Assembly (NCBI GenBank): GCA_002104945.1
Contig: MCFH01000066.1
Coordinates: 186,001 to 250,000 of the forward strand
Direction: 5' to 3'
DNA length: 64,000 bases
Source: Piromyces finnis finn
Lineage: Eukaryota; Fungi; Neocallimastigomycota
Shown here: positions 51,641-64,000 of the stretch, piece by piece
Position numbering within the stretch: the stretch's first letter is position 1
Layout of the letters: the number at the start of each line of letters is the position of its first letter
Translations under genes and position numbers: made by a program
Notes under the pieces: generated by a model
Told to the model about the DNA's origin: nothing
Databases searched by the model: none
What the model saw: only the letters and a program-made list of their open reading frames with translations

Positions 51641-53926
51641 TTATGAATTTTTATTTTCATTTTTATTGGCATTACTTTCTTTTTGTTTTTTAGCTTCCAT
51701 CCACATTTCCATTTCAATGGTGTAACGTTTTTTATCTTCTTCCGATAATTGAACATATTTTGCTTTTTCATCAGCTGTTAATTTTTTCCAAGCAGCAGAA
51801 ATCATTTTACTAATGGTACCCAAGTCACTCTTTGGATTATTAGCTGCAAATTGTGGACGAACTTCACGAAGGAAGAATATAAAAGCAGAAGATGGATGCT
51901 TTGGTTGAGTTGGATCTTTTGGGGTACGAAGTCTTCTTTTTGGAATTGGTGACATAGCAAATGGGGGTATTCCCATGGCTGGTGGGAATACGTAATTCAT
52001 GTTGGAAGCACTACTAGAGTTTGAACTTCCATTTGAGGTTTGAGAGATAGGTAAAAAGGTATTCATATTAATATCTTTACCCTTTGTATCCTTGGTTAGT
52101 CTTTTAAGGTTGGTAAATTCTTTTCGTAGATTTTTTGCTTCCATATAATATTTATCTTTCTTTTCTTCTGAAAGATTCTTCCAAGCCTCACTGACACGTC
52201 GACTTATTTCAGATATAGAAGCATCTGGGAATTCATCTCTAATTTTTGGACGTATACTACGATTAAATATAAGGAAGGCATTTGGAGGTTGTTTCATAGC
52301 ACTGGCTTGATAACCAAAGGGTATTGGTGAAAATGGGTAAGGGTAGTACATACCATATGGATTCATAGGATACCCATTATTAGGGAAGAAATTATCTGGG
52401 TTAGATTTCTTCTTTTTTCTAGTGTTATTTGGACGACGTGTATAAACATAATCTGGATGTTCACTATCAAAGTTGCTTTTTAACATTTGAGCTTGAAGTA
52501 TAAAACTATTTTTCAAATTCTATTAGAGCGATAGAGAATGAATAGTGTGATAGAGAAATGGATAGATAGAATAGGGTGAGATAGAAAGATAGAGCAAAAG
52601 AATAAAATTATATATATAAAAAATATAATTTGTTAATGATACATTTTTTTTTCAAATGGTTTCTTTTTTTTATTATTATTTCCATCATCCTCTTTTTTTG
52701 TTTCTCAATTTTTTAATATAAAAAATGAATTGTTTGATTTATAATATATTAAAATATATTGCTTTAATATATTCAAGATATTTTTAAGCCAATAAATTAT
52801 ATATATTATATATTAACTTTATTTTATATGAAAAAAATTGGGCAACTATTCTGTTAACACTGTCTTTAAGATGTGTGTGTTGTGTATATCCTTTCCTTGG
52901 CTACACCTTTATAGTGTAGGTTTTTTTTTTTAAATAAATAAAGTTTTACTCATTATTTTTGGTCATTTACTGGTCATTGACCACTACGACTACAAAGCTA
53001 TTACTACAAAGAGGAAATTTTAAAGTAAAAAAAAACTACTTACAGGATCCATTTTAGCCCATTCATCACCTAAAATAGTACTAATTTCTGATGTGGTTAA
53101 TGAAGGATTTTCATTGGAAAGTTCTCTTCTTCTTTTAACAGAATATATTAAGAAAGCGTTCATAGGACGCTTAATTTTTGAATTTGATGAACTTTGGTTT
53201 GGAGTAGAGTTGTTGCTAGATAAACTACTATCTTCCACTTTTTTTTTAAAAAAAAAGTTTAATATCCCAACATAGAGGGTCATTTATTTTAAAAAATAAT
53301 TATGAAAAAAATTAGATTTAGATGATAAATTTTCAATTTTTCATTTTTTTTTTCTAAATTTTTTTTTCTATATAAAATTAAATCCTTTTGGTCTTATTTT
53401 TTCAAAAAAAAAAAAAAAAAAGATTATTATTACCTGCATGATTTGTATTAATATTAAGAAGTTGTTGATTATTCCATTGAGCCTGATTACTATCATTAAT
53501 ATTCTTGGCTTGATTAGCTTCAAGATATTCCATCATAGGGTGGGTATTTTCAAAACTTGGATGAGTTCCTGGTCTTGATGATTCCTGTGGTATACTTTGA
53601 AAAGTAGCTTGGGCTTGAGTTTGTGAATATTGTGGTTGTTCTCTTTGTATTGAAGCATTTGAATAAGTTTGAAGTTGTTGTTGTTGAGCTTGTTGCTGTT
53701 GTTGTTGTTGAGAATAAACATGTCCTGCATTTTCAGAAATTAAAAAAGTTGTATCCTGAACGCCATAAAGGTCAAAAGATTGAGGCGTGATACCTGATAA
53801 TTTATTATTTTTTTGTGGACTATTATTTTGTGCAGAAGCATTTTGTTGTGATACTTGCCTTTGTTGAGCTTGAAATTGTACTTGTTGTTGTTGCTGTTGT
53901 AAAATTCGCGGATTATAATGAAACAT
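51641..53926 (-). CDS. Triple HMG-box protein with Gln-rich N-terminus, 3 exons
   Basis: Join 53926-53434, 53237-53044 and 52519-51641 (GT-AG, phases 1 and 0). The splice completes box 1: KIKRPMNAFLIYS...EWAKMDP|NLKNSFILQAQMLKSNFDSEHPDYVYTRRP. Boxes 2 (QPPNAFLIF) and 3 (PKHPSSAFIFF) follow. The exon 2 acceptor could be 6 nt further in. Confidence 0.88.
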
Positions 53927-56900
53927 TTTTTTTTCTATCTATTCAAATATTTTTTTTTGGAATAAAAAAAAAATAATTAAAAAAATTTTTTAAAAAAATT
54001 AAATAATAATATCTAAATATAGTTAAATTTTTTTATTAAGAAAAAAAATAATTTTTTTTGGTGTGATGATATTTTGCTGATTTTTTTAATAAATAAATAA
54101 ATGAATGAATAAATAATAAAATAAATAAATAATATAGAATAATAATATGAAATAATATTGGATAATAGTAATAATATAGGATAATATTGGATAAACCTAA
54201 TACTAATACTAATAGTAATACTACTACTACTACTAATAATAAATGATATTATTATAGTTTTTATTATTTATTATAGTTTTTATTAATACATTTTATTACC
54301 ACCACAAACACCACACCCTCTTTTTTTTTTAAGGTGATTTTATTGGTATAGATTAATTTTTTTTATTAAAAGCGGTTGAAATTTTTTTAGGAAAAAAACG
54401 ATATGAAAAGTACCTTGAAAGACTTAGCAAAATCAACCACCACCACCACCACCACCACTACTACTACTGTACCTACTATAATATAAGTAATGAATACAAT
54501 TGAATTGAATAATAATATTAATAATATTGAATAATAATATTTATGAGAATACAATATTGAATAATAAATAATAAATAAATAATAGTATTACTATAACTAT
54601 TATTACTATTACTATTACTATTAATAATAAATAGTAATAAAATATTTTATTATTATTTATTATTATTTATTATTATTTATTTATTATTTATTATTATTTA
54701 TTATTATTTATTATTATTTATTATTTAAGGACATCACCAAAAAAAAATATGAATTATTTATTAATTATAATATATTACAATATATAATACAATTTAAAAC
54801 AATAAATTTAATTATATAAATATCATTTAAATTAATATATGACACAACTAAATGAACGCTGATTCAATAGAAATCATTTCAATTTATATTTTAATATATT
54901 AAATGAATAGTCAGAATACCATTTAAATTAAATTATACCATTTAATAAAATATATATTATAAATATATTTTTTATCTATGGAATGATTCAATAAATTTCT
55001 ATCCTTTTATTTTTCATATAATTTAATATATGTTATAATCAATTGATTCTATATGGGCTTATACAAAATGAACGAATCATCTTTCAGTAAACTGTGTTTT
55101 GATTAAAAATGCTTATTTTCAAACGTCAAATCAAACCCATTTGACATAAAAAAATGTACATCAAAATGTACAAAAATGTACAGTAATGTAAATATAGAAT
55201 GTAATGAAAGAAGGATTGACGAAAAGGTGTGTGAATAAAAATAGAAAGAGTAAATAATAGAGAGATGAAGAATGGAATGAAAAAGTGGAATGGAGTGTAA
55301 AGGATTTATATTCCGATGTTTTTTTTTTTTTTTTTTTTTAGCTTATTCATTCCTTTCTTTTCATTTCATTTAATAGAATACTTTAAATTGTATTATATCA
55401 TCAAGATGATTCTGTTCTATTTATTTTTAGTATTCCTTAATATATAAAGCATATATTAAAAATTACTTTTTTTAAAATCAAAAAAAGGAAATGGCTAAGT
55501 CAATCTTTTTTTTTTTAATTATATTTATGATCCATCAAAAGGAATAAGCAAAAAAAAAAAAAAAAGGTTTGGTTTTAAGAAAGAAAGAAAGAAAGAAAGG
55601 GATTAAAAATGGATTGTATTTGAATTTGCGTAGGAAAAAAAGATTTGAATTTGGATATTATTTAAAATATTGATGCATTGAAGGAATGAATGAATGATTA
55701 ATTATAAATTAAAGATATTTCATATTTAAAGATTGGATTTTGTATTTCTTTTAAATACCATCATTTTTTACACTTTTTTTTTTTTTAAAAAAAAAAAGAT
55801 GAATTAAAAAAATTATTTAATAATATTTGTCTAGACTTTTTTTCTTTTTTTTTTTTAAAAAAAAGATACCTATATAAATAGTTATTTATAGAGTTTAATA
55901 AAAGTCAAAAAAAAAAAAAAAAAAAAAAAATGATTTAAACAATGAGACAGTTCTTTTGAAAATAGTATTTTAGGAGTAACCTACCTACCTAGTTGATTGA
56001 ATTTATCATTTATATTGAAGATAAGTGATTATTAATTTATTAAAATAATTAAAAAAATTGGAATAAAAAAAAAAAAAAAAGACTATTAATATACTTTATG
56101 ACAAAGTTTTTTTTTTTTTATTTTAACTAGGCTTTATTCTGTAGAATGACTACTTATCTAGTTGATTATTAAAAAAAAAAAGTTTTTTTTTTATAGCATA
56201 GAATGATAATGTAATAAAATTTATTGTTTTTTAAATAATATAAAAGTGGCTTTTAACCACTAATGTATCATTATTATATATATTTTTTAATCCAACCATA
56301 TACTATTTTTATTAATATGGATGGTTAATGGATTCAAGTATATTGTGGCTTATATAATATGTAGTATATATATAAAAAATTTAAATATGATTAAATAATA
56401 AAAATATATTACACTTTTGGATTGATACCATTATCATTATATAAATGGTTTATTTCAATGGTATGTTATAAAGATATTAAACTAAAACATTGTTTCTACC
56501 TTTTTTTTTTGCTATTAACTATTTAATTATATACTATTTAATAAACAAATACTATACTATTCACAGAGGATCATCTCAACTATAAAACATTGTGATTTAA
56601 TAGTATATATATATATAAAAGAGAAAGAGTGCGCTATAGTATTCAAAAGATATTTCTTTATATATAATAAAATAGGAATAATTGGGAACATGAAAATAAT
56701 AAATAAAACTCCCATAAAAATAACTATTTATAGGGTAAAAAAAAAGTTTATATAAATAATAATATGTTATTATAATAGTTAAAAAAAGAATATATTAAAA
56801 TGAAATTGCTTTTTACAATTTTTTTTTCTTCTAAACTTTGAAAAGTGGGAAATATTAAAAGATATGAGTATAAATAAAGTATTATAAATACTAAATTGAC

Positions 56901-57527
56901 TATTATTATCATTAGTACTTGCTATTATTGCTTTACACTATGATTAATAATTTATAATGTTTTATATAATTTTGATTTTTTATACTTTGTTTACACAAAT
57001 AAATGTACTTTTTTAATTAAAAAAAATTGTTTTTATTAGGTTTATTGCATATTTTTTTTCTTATTAAATATTATTATTATTACATATTATTTTTTTAATT
57101 CATTTTTACTTTTATATATTTTGCTAAATTAATTTTTCATAATTTACCATACCTTTAGGCAACACTTTTTTTTAAACAACCACACATTTTGCGCTTAAAA
57201 ATTTTAAAAATTTTAATTATTCCAAAAATGTTAATCATTAAAATTTTTTATTGGTTGTCATTTTTTAATTTAAAAAAAAAATATTTTAATTTAAAATAGA
57301 AACTTTAATTAAAAACTGAAATAGAAAGGAAGGAAACCTCAAAAAGTGTTTTTTTTTTTTTTCTTTTTTCTTTTAACAATAAAAGAAATAAAAAAAGAAG
57401 GAAGTATAAAAGGAGAAAAAAAATTAAAGTAGAAATAAAAATAAATATTATTTCTAAATACTTTTTTTTTTTTTTAATAGAAATTATTATAATTATTAAT
57501 AATTAAACATTTGTAAATACTATTATA

Positions 57528-57532
57528 GAGAA

Positions 57533-57591
<59 letters not shown>

Positions 57592-57592
57592 A
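57528..57592. repeat. (TAAA)n microsatellite
   Basis: About 15 TAAA units upstream of the ankyrin gene. Confidence 0.9.
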
Positions 57593-57701
57593 TACACTGT
57601 ATAAACCAATAACTAAAAAATCATAAATAAAACAATCCAATAAATACCACAAAAATCAATATAATTATATATATATAAATAAATATATATAAATAAAAAA
57701 A

Positions 57702-59054
57702 ATGGAATTTCAAGAATTTCAACGTGTTTTTTTCACAGATTTAAAAGCAAAAAATAAAGAACTTTTATTAAAAATTGATAGTAAAAAAGAATTAATCAAG
57801 GAAAATCTTGATGAAAAGGCAAACCAAGAAACAATAGAGGGTTTTGTTGAAAGGATAAACGAAATAATTCTTCAATCCAAAAAAAAATTTAGTTTAATTG
57901 AAAAAGTGTTAAAAAAGGAAGTTTTCACATCGGTTTATACTGCCTGGAAAAATAGTAAAGTCTTGATTGAGGCTTGTAAAAATGAAAATAATAGTGCTAT
58001 TCGTTGGCTTTTAACCACCGAAATTAATCCTTCTGTTCAGGATAAGGAGGGTAGAACCGCTTTAATGTATTCTGTTAAAAATCCACGTTTACTTAGTGTG
58101 GTGAAACTTCTTTGTTTTCGTAGTGGTACAAATTTAAATATGGTCGATAAAAATGGTGAAAATGCTTTATTCTACGCTTTGAAAAATAAAGATGCCCTTC
58201 GTGAATTACTAAGAAATAATATTAATATTAATCAACTTAATCGTCATCAGGAATCTCCTCTTTTATACTGTTGTAAAAATGATATTTTTGAACCTATTAA
58301 ATATTTAACCAATCGTAGGGATTTAGATGTTAATCTTGTAGACAAGGAAGAAAAAACACCTGCCATGTATTTAGCAGAAAAGGCTAAAAATTCAGAATTA
58401 CGTTTATTAGAAATGCGTCAATGTAATTATGATTATGTGAATAGTAAACAGGAATCTGTATTATCCCTGGTCATCAATAAAATGTATAATCCTAGGGAAA
58501 GGGGTCCATCGGAATGGTACAGTGACTACCTTCATATTATTATTTCATTGGTTCATTTTAATTGTAATTTTAATGTTCCAGTTGATGAACATGGTAATAC
58601 AGCCATTATGGTTTTTATGCAAATTCCAGATCTTTACACCCTCCATTATATCTTGAAGAAGTGTGACACCATTGATTTTTCCATCCAAAACAAGTACGGG
58701 GAAAGTGCGGCAACTCTTTGTAAAAAATATGTTCATAAATTTGATGCCATTAAAATTTTTAATGAAAATCCTACCCTTGTTTCTTTTGAAAATAAAAAAA
58801 TAAGATCGGAGGGTTCGGGAATTACTAAAACTTGCCTTGACACCAAAAAAATGGGATCGGAGGTGTCAGAGGTTGACCTTACCGAAGAAGATACCGAAAC
58901 GAGTGTAAATCACTATGAATCCTTTAAAATGACAAAATCCATGGAAAAAGTTGCCGAAAAAGTATACTATGAATGTGATAAATATTATGATCCAAAAAAT
59001 GAATTATACAAAACATATCATGTAGATGAAATGTCATATTGGGCTTTTGTATAA
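57702..59054 (+). CDS. Ankyrin-repeat protein
   Basis: 450-aa intronless ORF with repeated ankyrin motifs (GRTALMYSV, GENALFYAL, ESPLLYCC, KTPAMYLA, GNTAIM). Confidence 0.9.
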   Translation: MEFQEFQRVFFTDLKAKNKELLLKIDSKKELIKENLDEKANQETIEGFVERINEIILQSKKKFSLIEKVLKKEVFTSVYTAWKNSKVLIEACKNENNSAIRWLLTTEINPSVQDKEGRTALMYSVKNPRLLSVVKLLCFRSGTNLNMVDKNGENALFYALKNKDALRELLRNNININQLNRHQESPLLYCCKNDIFEPIKYLTNRRDLDVNLVDKEEKTPAMYLAEKAKNSELRLLEMRQCNYDYVNSKQESVLSLVINKMYNPRERGPSEWYSDYLHIIISLVHFNCNFNVPVDEHGNTAIMVFMQIPDLYTLHYILKKCDTIDFSIQNKYGESAATLCKKYVHKFDAIKIFNENPTLVSFENKKIRSEGSGITKTCLDTKKMGSEVSEVDLTEEDTETSVNHYESFKMTKSMEKVAEKVYYECDKYYDPKNELYKTYHVDEMSYWAFV

Positions 59055-59106
59055 AATAAAAAAAAAGTATAAATATAAAAATATATATATAGTAGGTAGG
59101 TAGGAG

Positions 59107-59141
<35 letters not shown>

Positions 59142-60614
59142 AATTGTATAAATTTTGTATAATTAAAACGCCTGCCATAAAATCTATAAATATATTTATT
59201 TTATATAACATATAAAGATCATTCATAATTATTTTTAATTTTTTTTTTTTTTTATTTCATTTAATCTATTAAAAAAAAAAAAAAACTATGTATATATATA
59301 ATATATATAAAAAAAAAATTAAAAAAGAAAAAAATGAAGCGAAAAATAATATCAAATACCAAATAACATACAAATAGGCCATAAACGATAATAACAAAAA
59401 AACAAACAATAAATAATAAATAATTAAAATAATAAATAATAAATAATAAATAATTAATAATTAATAATAAATAATAAATAATAAATGTATATTTAAAATA
59501 AAAAAAACCAATATAATATATTAAAAATGAGTTTTTTTTTTTAATTTTCTTTTTAATATTTATTTTAATTATTGAATATTATTTAGTATGATAAATCTAA
59601 TAACAACCTTTTTTTTTTTAATATTATAAATTAATCTAAAATTGTTCATTCTTTTCTATTATTATTATTATTATTATTATTAATTCTTTTGTATAATAAC
59701 AAACCAAACTTTTTTTTTTGAAAGAAATGTTCATTTATATTTATATATATAGATTAAAAGTTTTTAAATTGTTCATACCATTTTAAATTGATATTAAATC
59801 TTTAATTCCGAAATAAATTTTATTTATATATATATATATTTTTTGAGACCATTTTTATGAACAAAAAAAAAAAAAAAAAGTGTTCATACTTTTATCAAAA
59901 TAAAAAAGTATTTAAAGAATAATTTTTTTCCATCTTTATTCAAAGTATATCAAAAAGAAAAAAGTATAATAAGTATAATAAAAAAAATAAAAACATTAAA
60001 AAGAATTGCAATAATATAGAAAAATGGTTTTCAATAAATAAAAGAAATCCTTTTTTTTTTTTACTATGGAAAAAAATTTTTGAAAAAAAGGTTTTATCTG
60101 GATCTACTGGATATGGTTCTTAATTGCCGCCGCTGCTACTGATGTATGGAAGGAAGAAGTAAAGTTCTTTATTAACTAATTCGAATCTATTGGATATGAT
60201 TCTTGATTCCACCGCTATTGCTGACTGCTAATGTTGTAAGGAAGGAAGAGGGAAAAGTCTTTATTTGCCTCATGGAAAGTTATTTACTTGATGTCTTTAT
60301 ATAAAATCAAAAAGAGAAAAAAATAAGAAGAAAAATAAGAAGAAGAAAAAAAAAACGAAAATTAATAAATACTTTTGAGTATCCCATCCTTTTTGGTTTA
60401 TTTAAAATATAAATGAATATAAGAAATAATAATAATTTTTTTTGAAATTTATTATTGCAAAAATAATTATTATTATTTTTTTAGACAGTAACAGCACTAA
60501 TAATAATTTTTTTTAAATCTGTCTAGTTTATTCAAAAAAAATAGTTTTAAAGAAGTTATTTAAAAATATAAAAATTAGAATGGAAATTTTGATAGATATA
60601 CTACTATAAAATAA

Positions 60615-60897
60615 GTTATGCGTTAAGGTAATAACCTTAATGCATGGATTAAGGCTCGTTTTAGGAAATTCCTTTTACGGCGATAATTAATTGCTTTGGC
60701 CATCCATTTAAAGTGGAACGAAAATGATAAAAAGAAAACTTTTTACCTTCGTTTTGGCCATCTACATCCACCCAACCAAAGTGGGATGGATTATCATATA
60801 ATTTATGAATTTTTAACGACCGATAAAGCAATAAAAAAGGTACCTCTTTATCGTTCGTTTCGTCCCTACGAAAGGGACGAATCATCACTCCATTTTT
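60615..60897 (+). ncRNA. Unassigned structured RNA candidate
   Basis: At least six inverted-repeat helices in ~280 nt, with G-T pairs favouring the + strand and a terminal TTTTT. No known family recognised. Confidence 0.4.
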
Positions 60898-61570
60898 AAA
60901 TTATATTAGTATATACAATATATCTAAAGTTTCTATTCATGTATTTTTTAAAAAAATAAATAATAACTTTTAAATTATTAAATAAAATATTTTGAATAAA
61001 ATCAAAAAAAAATCAAATTTTAATAATGTTGTGCATTTTTTTATACTTATTTTATTATATTTATCGATGTTTTTCAACTTTTTCAAATATATACAATTAT
61101 TAAATTTTAAATTCAAATTCATTTAAATTTGAAGTTTTTTTTTTCATTAATGGAAATACTTCTTTTCTAATAAATTCAGGATGATTATTAGTTTGAAAAA
61201 GGTTCATAAAAAAGAAACTTTATTAAATTTTTTTTTATAATTATTGTGTATGATTAATTAATAATAAACACGACAAGTTTTAAATAGTCTAATAAAACTA
61301 AGATCGGATAATGGATATTTCAATTTTGATAATACAAGCAAGTTTATGATGGATGTTATTTTATCATCATTATCATATATACACAAGGTCTTATTTTAAT
61401 ATTAGAAGAAGAAGTTGATTTATTTCCTTTTAATAAGGAAAAAAAAGTTTATTACTATTCAATGTATTTTTTTTTTACTATTGAATAAAGTATTTTAAAT
61501 GTTTAAGCTTGTGTGCATATTGTCTATTTAATTTTTCTATTCTTTTAAAATTAGAAATGAATTCAGAGGA

Positions 61571-62440
61571 TTAATCATCACCATCATCTGTTTCAGTGAG
61601 TTCTATTAATTGATGATCACTTTCATCATCTGTTTCAGTGAGTTCTATTAATTGATGATCACTTTCATCATCTGTTTCAGTGAGTTCTATTAATTGATGA
61701 TCATTTTCATCTGGTTCAGAGATATTTTCAATAGACTCTTTATAATCAAACATTTCCATATAATCAAGTGTTTCAGATAATATTCGTTTCCTTGTATTTT
61801 TCTTTTTTTGATTTTTATTGCTAATCTTATATGTTGATGATAATGATATATATAAATTATCTGCGTTTGTTAATTTGGCTAATGGATCATCATCAATATC
61901 TATATTTAAATTTGTTAAATGTCTAGGTTTTTCAGTTTCTTCTGGGGTTTCGACTATTTGATTAGAAGAAAGAAAGAAATAGATTTTTTTAAATTCTCAA
62001 GATTTTTAATTTCTTTTTGGAATCTCAATTAATTGAATATGATTAAGGAATAAGTATTGTAAATTTGTAAGATTTCCAATATTCTTTCGGTAATATTACA
62101 AAATGATTATTTAAAAATGATAAACACACTAAATTTCCTATTTCTTTTGGTAATTTTAAAATATTTAAATTTATTTATCCATTAATTTAAATATTTATCC
62201 AAATTTCTTTTTTTAATTATGATATTTTAAAATTAATTATTATTTAATTATTCCATAAAATTTATATAATAAATTTTTATAAATAATTTTTCCTTAAATT
62301 CAATAATTTTTTAGTGAAGTATTTAAAGATTTGTATTTCATTATATCTTTACATAACCTCTGAAATCTTTGTTGGAACCTCCTAATTTCGAAATGACATT
62401 AGGGAGGGATACTTTATCTTTCTCTCTGAATAATGGCATA
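61571..62440 (-). pseudogene. Decayed cytoplasmic-type LRR gene with acidic repeat tail
   Basis: Frameshifted LRR peptides (LPKEIGNL, GNLTNLQYLFLNHNQLIEIPK) lie upstream of the open tail 61571..61759. Confidence 0.6.
61581..61705 (-). repeat. 39-bp tandem repeat x3 encoding DHQLIELTETDDE
   Basis: Three near-exact 39-nt units in ORF 61571..61759. Confidence 0.92.
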
Positions 62441-63497
62441 TCTGTCACGAGAGAAAATATTGTGTAATCAAAAAAAAAAAAGTAACAAAATCAAATATTA
62501 TGACTTATAATTATAAAGTATTTTATTATAAAATAAAATCTATTTTCATAAAAGACTTCTTACTTTGTGAAATAAATATATTAAAAAAATAAATAAATAT
62601 ATAGACAATCAATTAGGCTACTAATATATATATATATTAAATATTATAGTTATATAATGAGATATAATGTAAAAATAAAGTGTGACTTGATCATATTATT
62701 AGTCCATTTAATTTATATAGTAATATAAAATGTTAATAAAATACAAATTAAGTATAATATTAAATAATAAGAATTAAATAAGAAATGATTCATACCTCTT
62801 ATTAATTTCATATGGCATATTTCTATAATATCATGTGTGTTAAAAGTCCTATGTTATTATAATAAGAGAAATAATATAAATACTAGAAAAATAAATCGAT
62901 TAAACAGAGAACTTAGTATTTCATAAAATACCAACTAATTAAAATAGTAAAGTTTACTAAAAAAAAAAGTCAGTTTAAAACACTCTTAAAAACGTTTATA
63001 AATACATTTTTATAACAGAATACTCTTATTAGTAGTTTTGTTACTCCTATTAAAATGTAAGGGAATGTAATGTAAATGAAAGACAAATGTAATAATATTG
63101 TAATAATATGCAATGTAAAAAATAATGTAAATGTATTTATGTTGCCAATGATAACACTGAAATTAAATGTATTATACATTATCATTTAATACATTATTTA
63201 TTACATTTTCTATTCTTAAAATAGTAAATTTTTATTGGAATAACGTAAATATCCATAATTACAATTACTGGAATTATTATGGAATAATTGAAAATTTTAT
63301 ACCAGTTAAAAATAATAGTATTTTTTATTTTTCTTTTTGTTTCTATTATTTACTTTAAAATAATTATGGTGACGGTGGCAAAGTGATTCATTCTTTATAT
63401 ACTTTTATTTTTGTTAAAAACAAAAAACAAAAAACAAAATAAAATTATAATTAATAGTATTTTATGATCTAATTCTTTTTTTAACTATTTTAATAAA

Positions 63498-64000
63498 ATG
63501 GTTGATTTAGAAAAAAAGAGGAATGAAATAGAAATAATAATATCAAAATGTAGACATAATGAATTGGACTATATTAACGAATTCGAAAATTTTAGTATAA
63601 ACAATGATTTAAAGTTAAGTGAATTGAATAATAAAAATTTTGATGTTTTAATAAAAGTTATTGATTCAATCAAAGAGTATAAAGTTGAAAATAATTTATA
63701 TTATTTCAAATTAATTGATTATATTATTCAAGAATGTAAATATCAAACATTAAATTATACAAATTGGAATAATAATGTGGCTGAAGTTCCTCTTTTTCTA
63801 GCTATTTATAAAGGATTTTTTAAAATAGCCAATTTATTAATAGAAAGAGGTGCTAATATTAATTATTTAATTGAACAGCCGCAACAACAAGAAACAGTTA
63901 ATATTATTCAATATATTAAAAAAAAAAAAGATAGATATAGATATGAAAATACTGTAAGTAATATAATAATACGAGAACTAGGACAGGATACCATTAATAA
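63498..64000 (+). CDS. Ankyrin-repeat protein, 5' part (runs off the window)
   Basis: Open frame from ATG 63498 (MVDLEKKRNEIE...) containing VPLFLAIYKGFFKIANLLIERGANIN. No stop before the window end. Confidence 0.8.
   Translation, partial: MVDLEKKRNEIEIIISKCRHNELDYINEFENFSINNDLKLSELNNKNFDVLIKVIDSIKEYKVENNLYYFKLIDYIIQECKYQTLNYTNWNNNVAEVPLFLAIYKGFFKIANLLIERGANINYLIEQPQQQETVNIIQYIKKKKDRYRYENTVSNIIIRELGQDTIN

Noticed and set aside
52850-52990. GC-richer patch with a small hairpin (CTACAC/GTGTAG) in HMG intron 2 as an intronic snoRNA
   Set aside because: No convincing C/D or H/ACA boxes.
51641-53926. Mucorales-type sex locus
   Set aside because: The flanking triose-phosphate transporter and RNA helicase genes are absent; neighbours are ADE6 and an ankyrin gene. 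It is also one gene, not two adjacent HMG genes.
60805-60893. Hammerhead-like motif on the minus strand (GTGATGA-TTC-GTCCC...GGGAC-GAAAC, long stem III, GUU)
   Set aside because: C3 is replaced by G, there is a 3-nt insertion before stem II and five extra A before stem I, and G-U pairs elsewhere favour the plus strand. Likely a by-product of the hairpins; a cleavage assay would settle it.

Overview
Extremely AT-rich, intron-containing eukaryotic DNA. The AT content, CBM18 and ankyrin genes and LINE load fit an anaerobic gut fungus (Neocallimastigomycota); this is inference. The window has two compartments. Positions ~1-42,850 are an accessory, repeat-rich zone. It holds two families of single-ORF APE-RT LINEs (here A and B) stacked head-to-tail, internally deleted LINE-A derivatives, and two paralogous secreted LRR-CBM18 genes with one LRR per exon (one broken, one apparently intact). 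It also holds a young non-autonomous copia-type LTR element with identical LTRs, a half-tRNA-Lys primer site and a captured papain-fold-like ORF, plus a decayed 28S rDNA fragment, an intronless beta-carbonic anhydrase and an ankyrin relic. Positions ~43,600-64,000 are mostly TE-free: FGAR-amidotransferase (ADE6/PurL), a three-exon triple-HMG-box gene, two ankyrin genes, an LRR pseudogene and a ~280-nt strongly base-paired non-coding island. The strongest leads are the cargo-carrying LTR element, the alternating B-A-B-A LINE array, the LRR-CBM18 exon-cassette genes and the structured RNA candidate. No databases or programs were run; all alignments and folds were done by eye, so boundaries marked approximate may be off by tens of bases.
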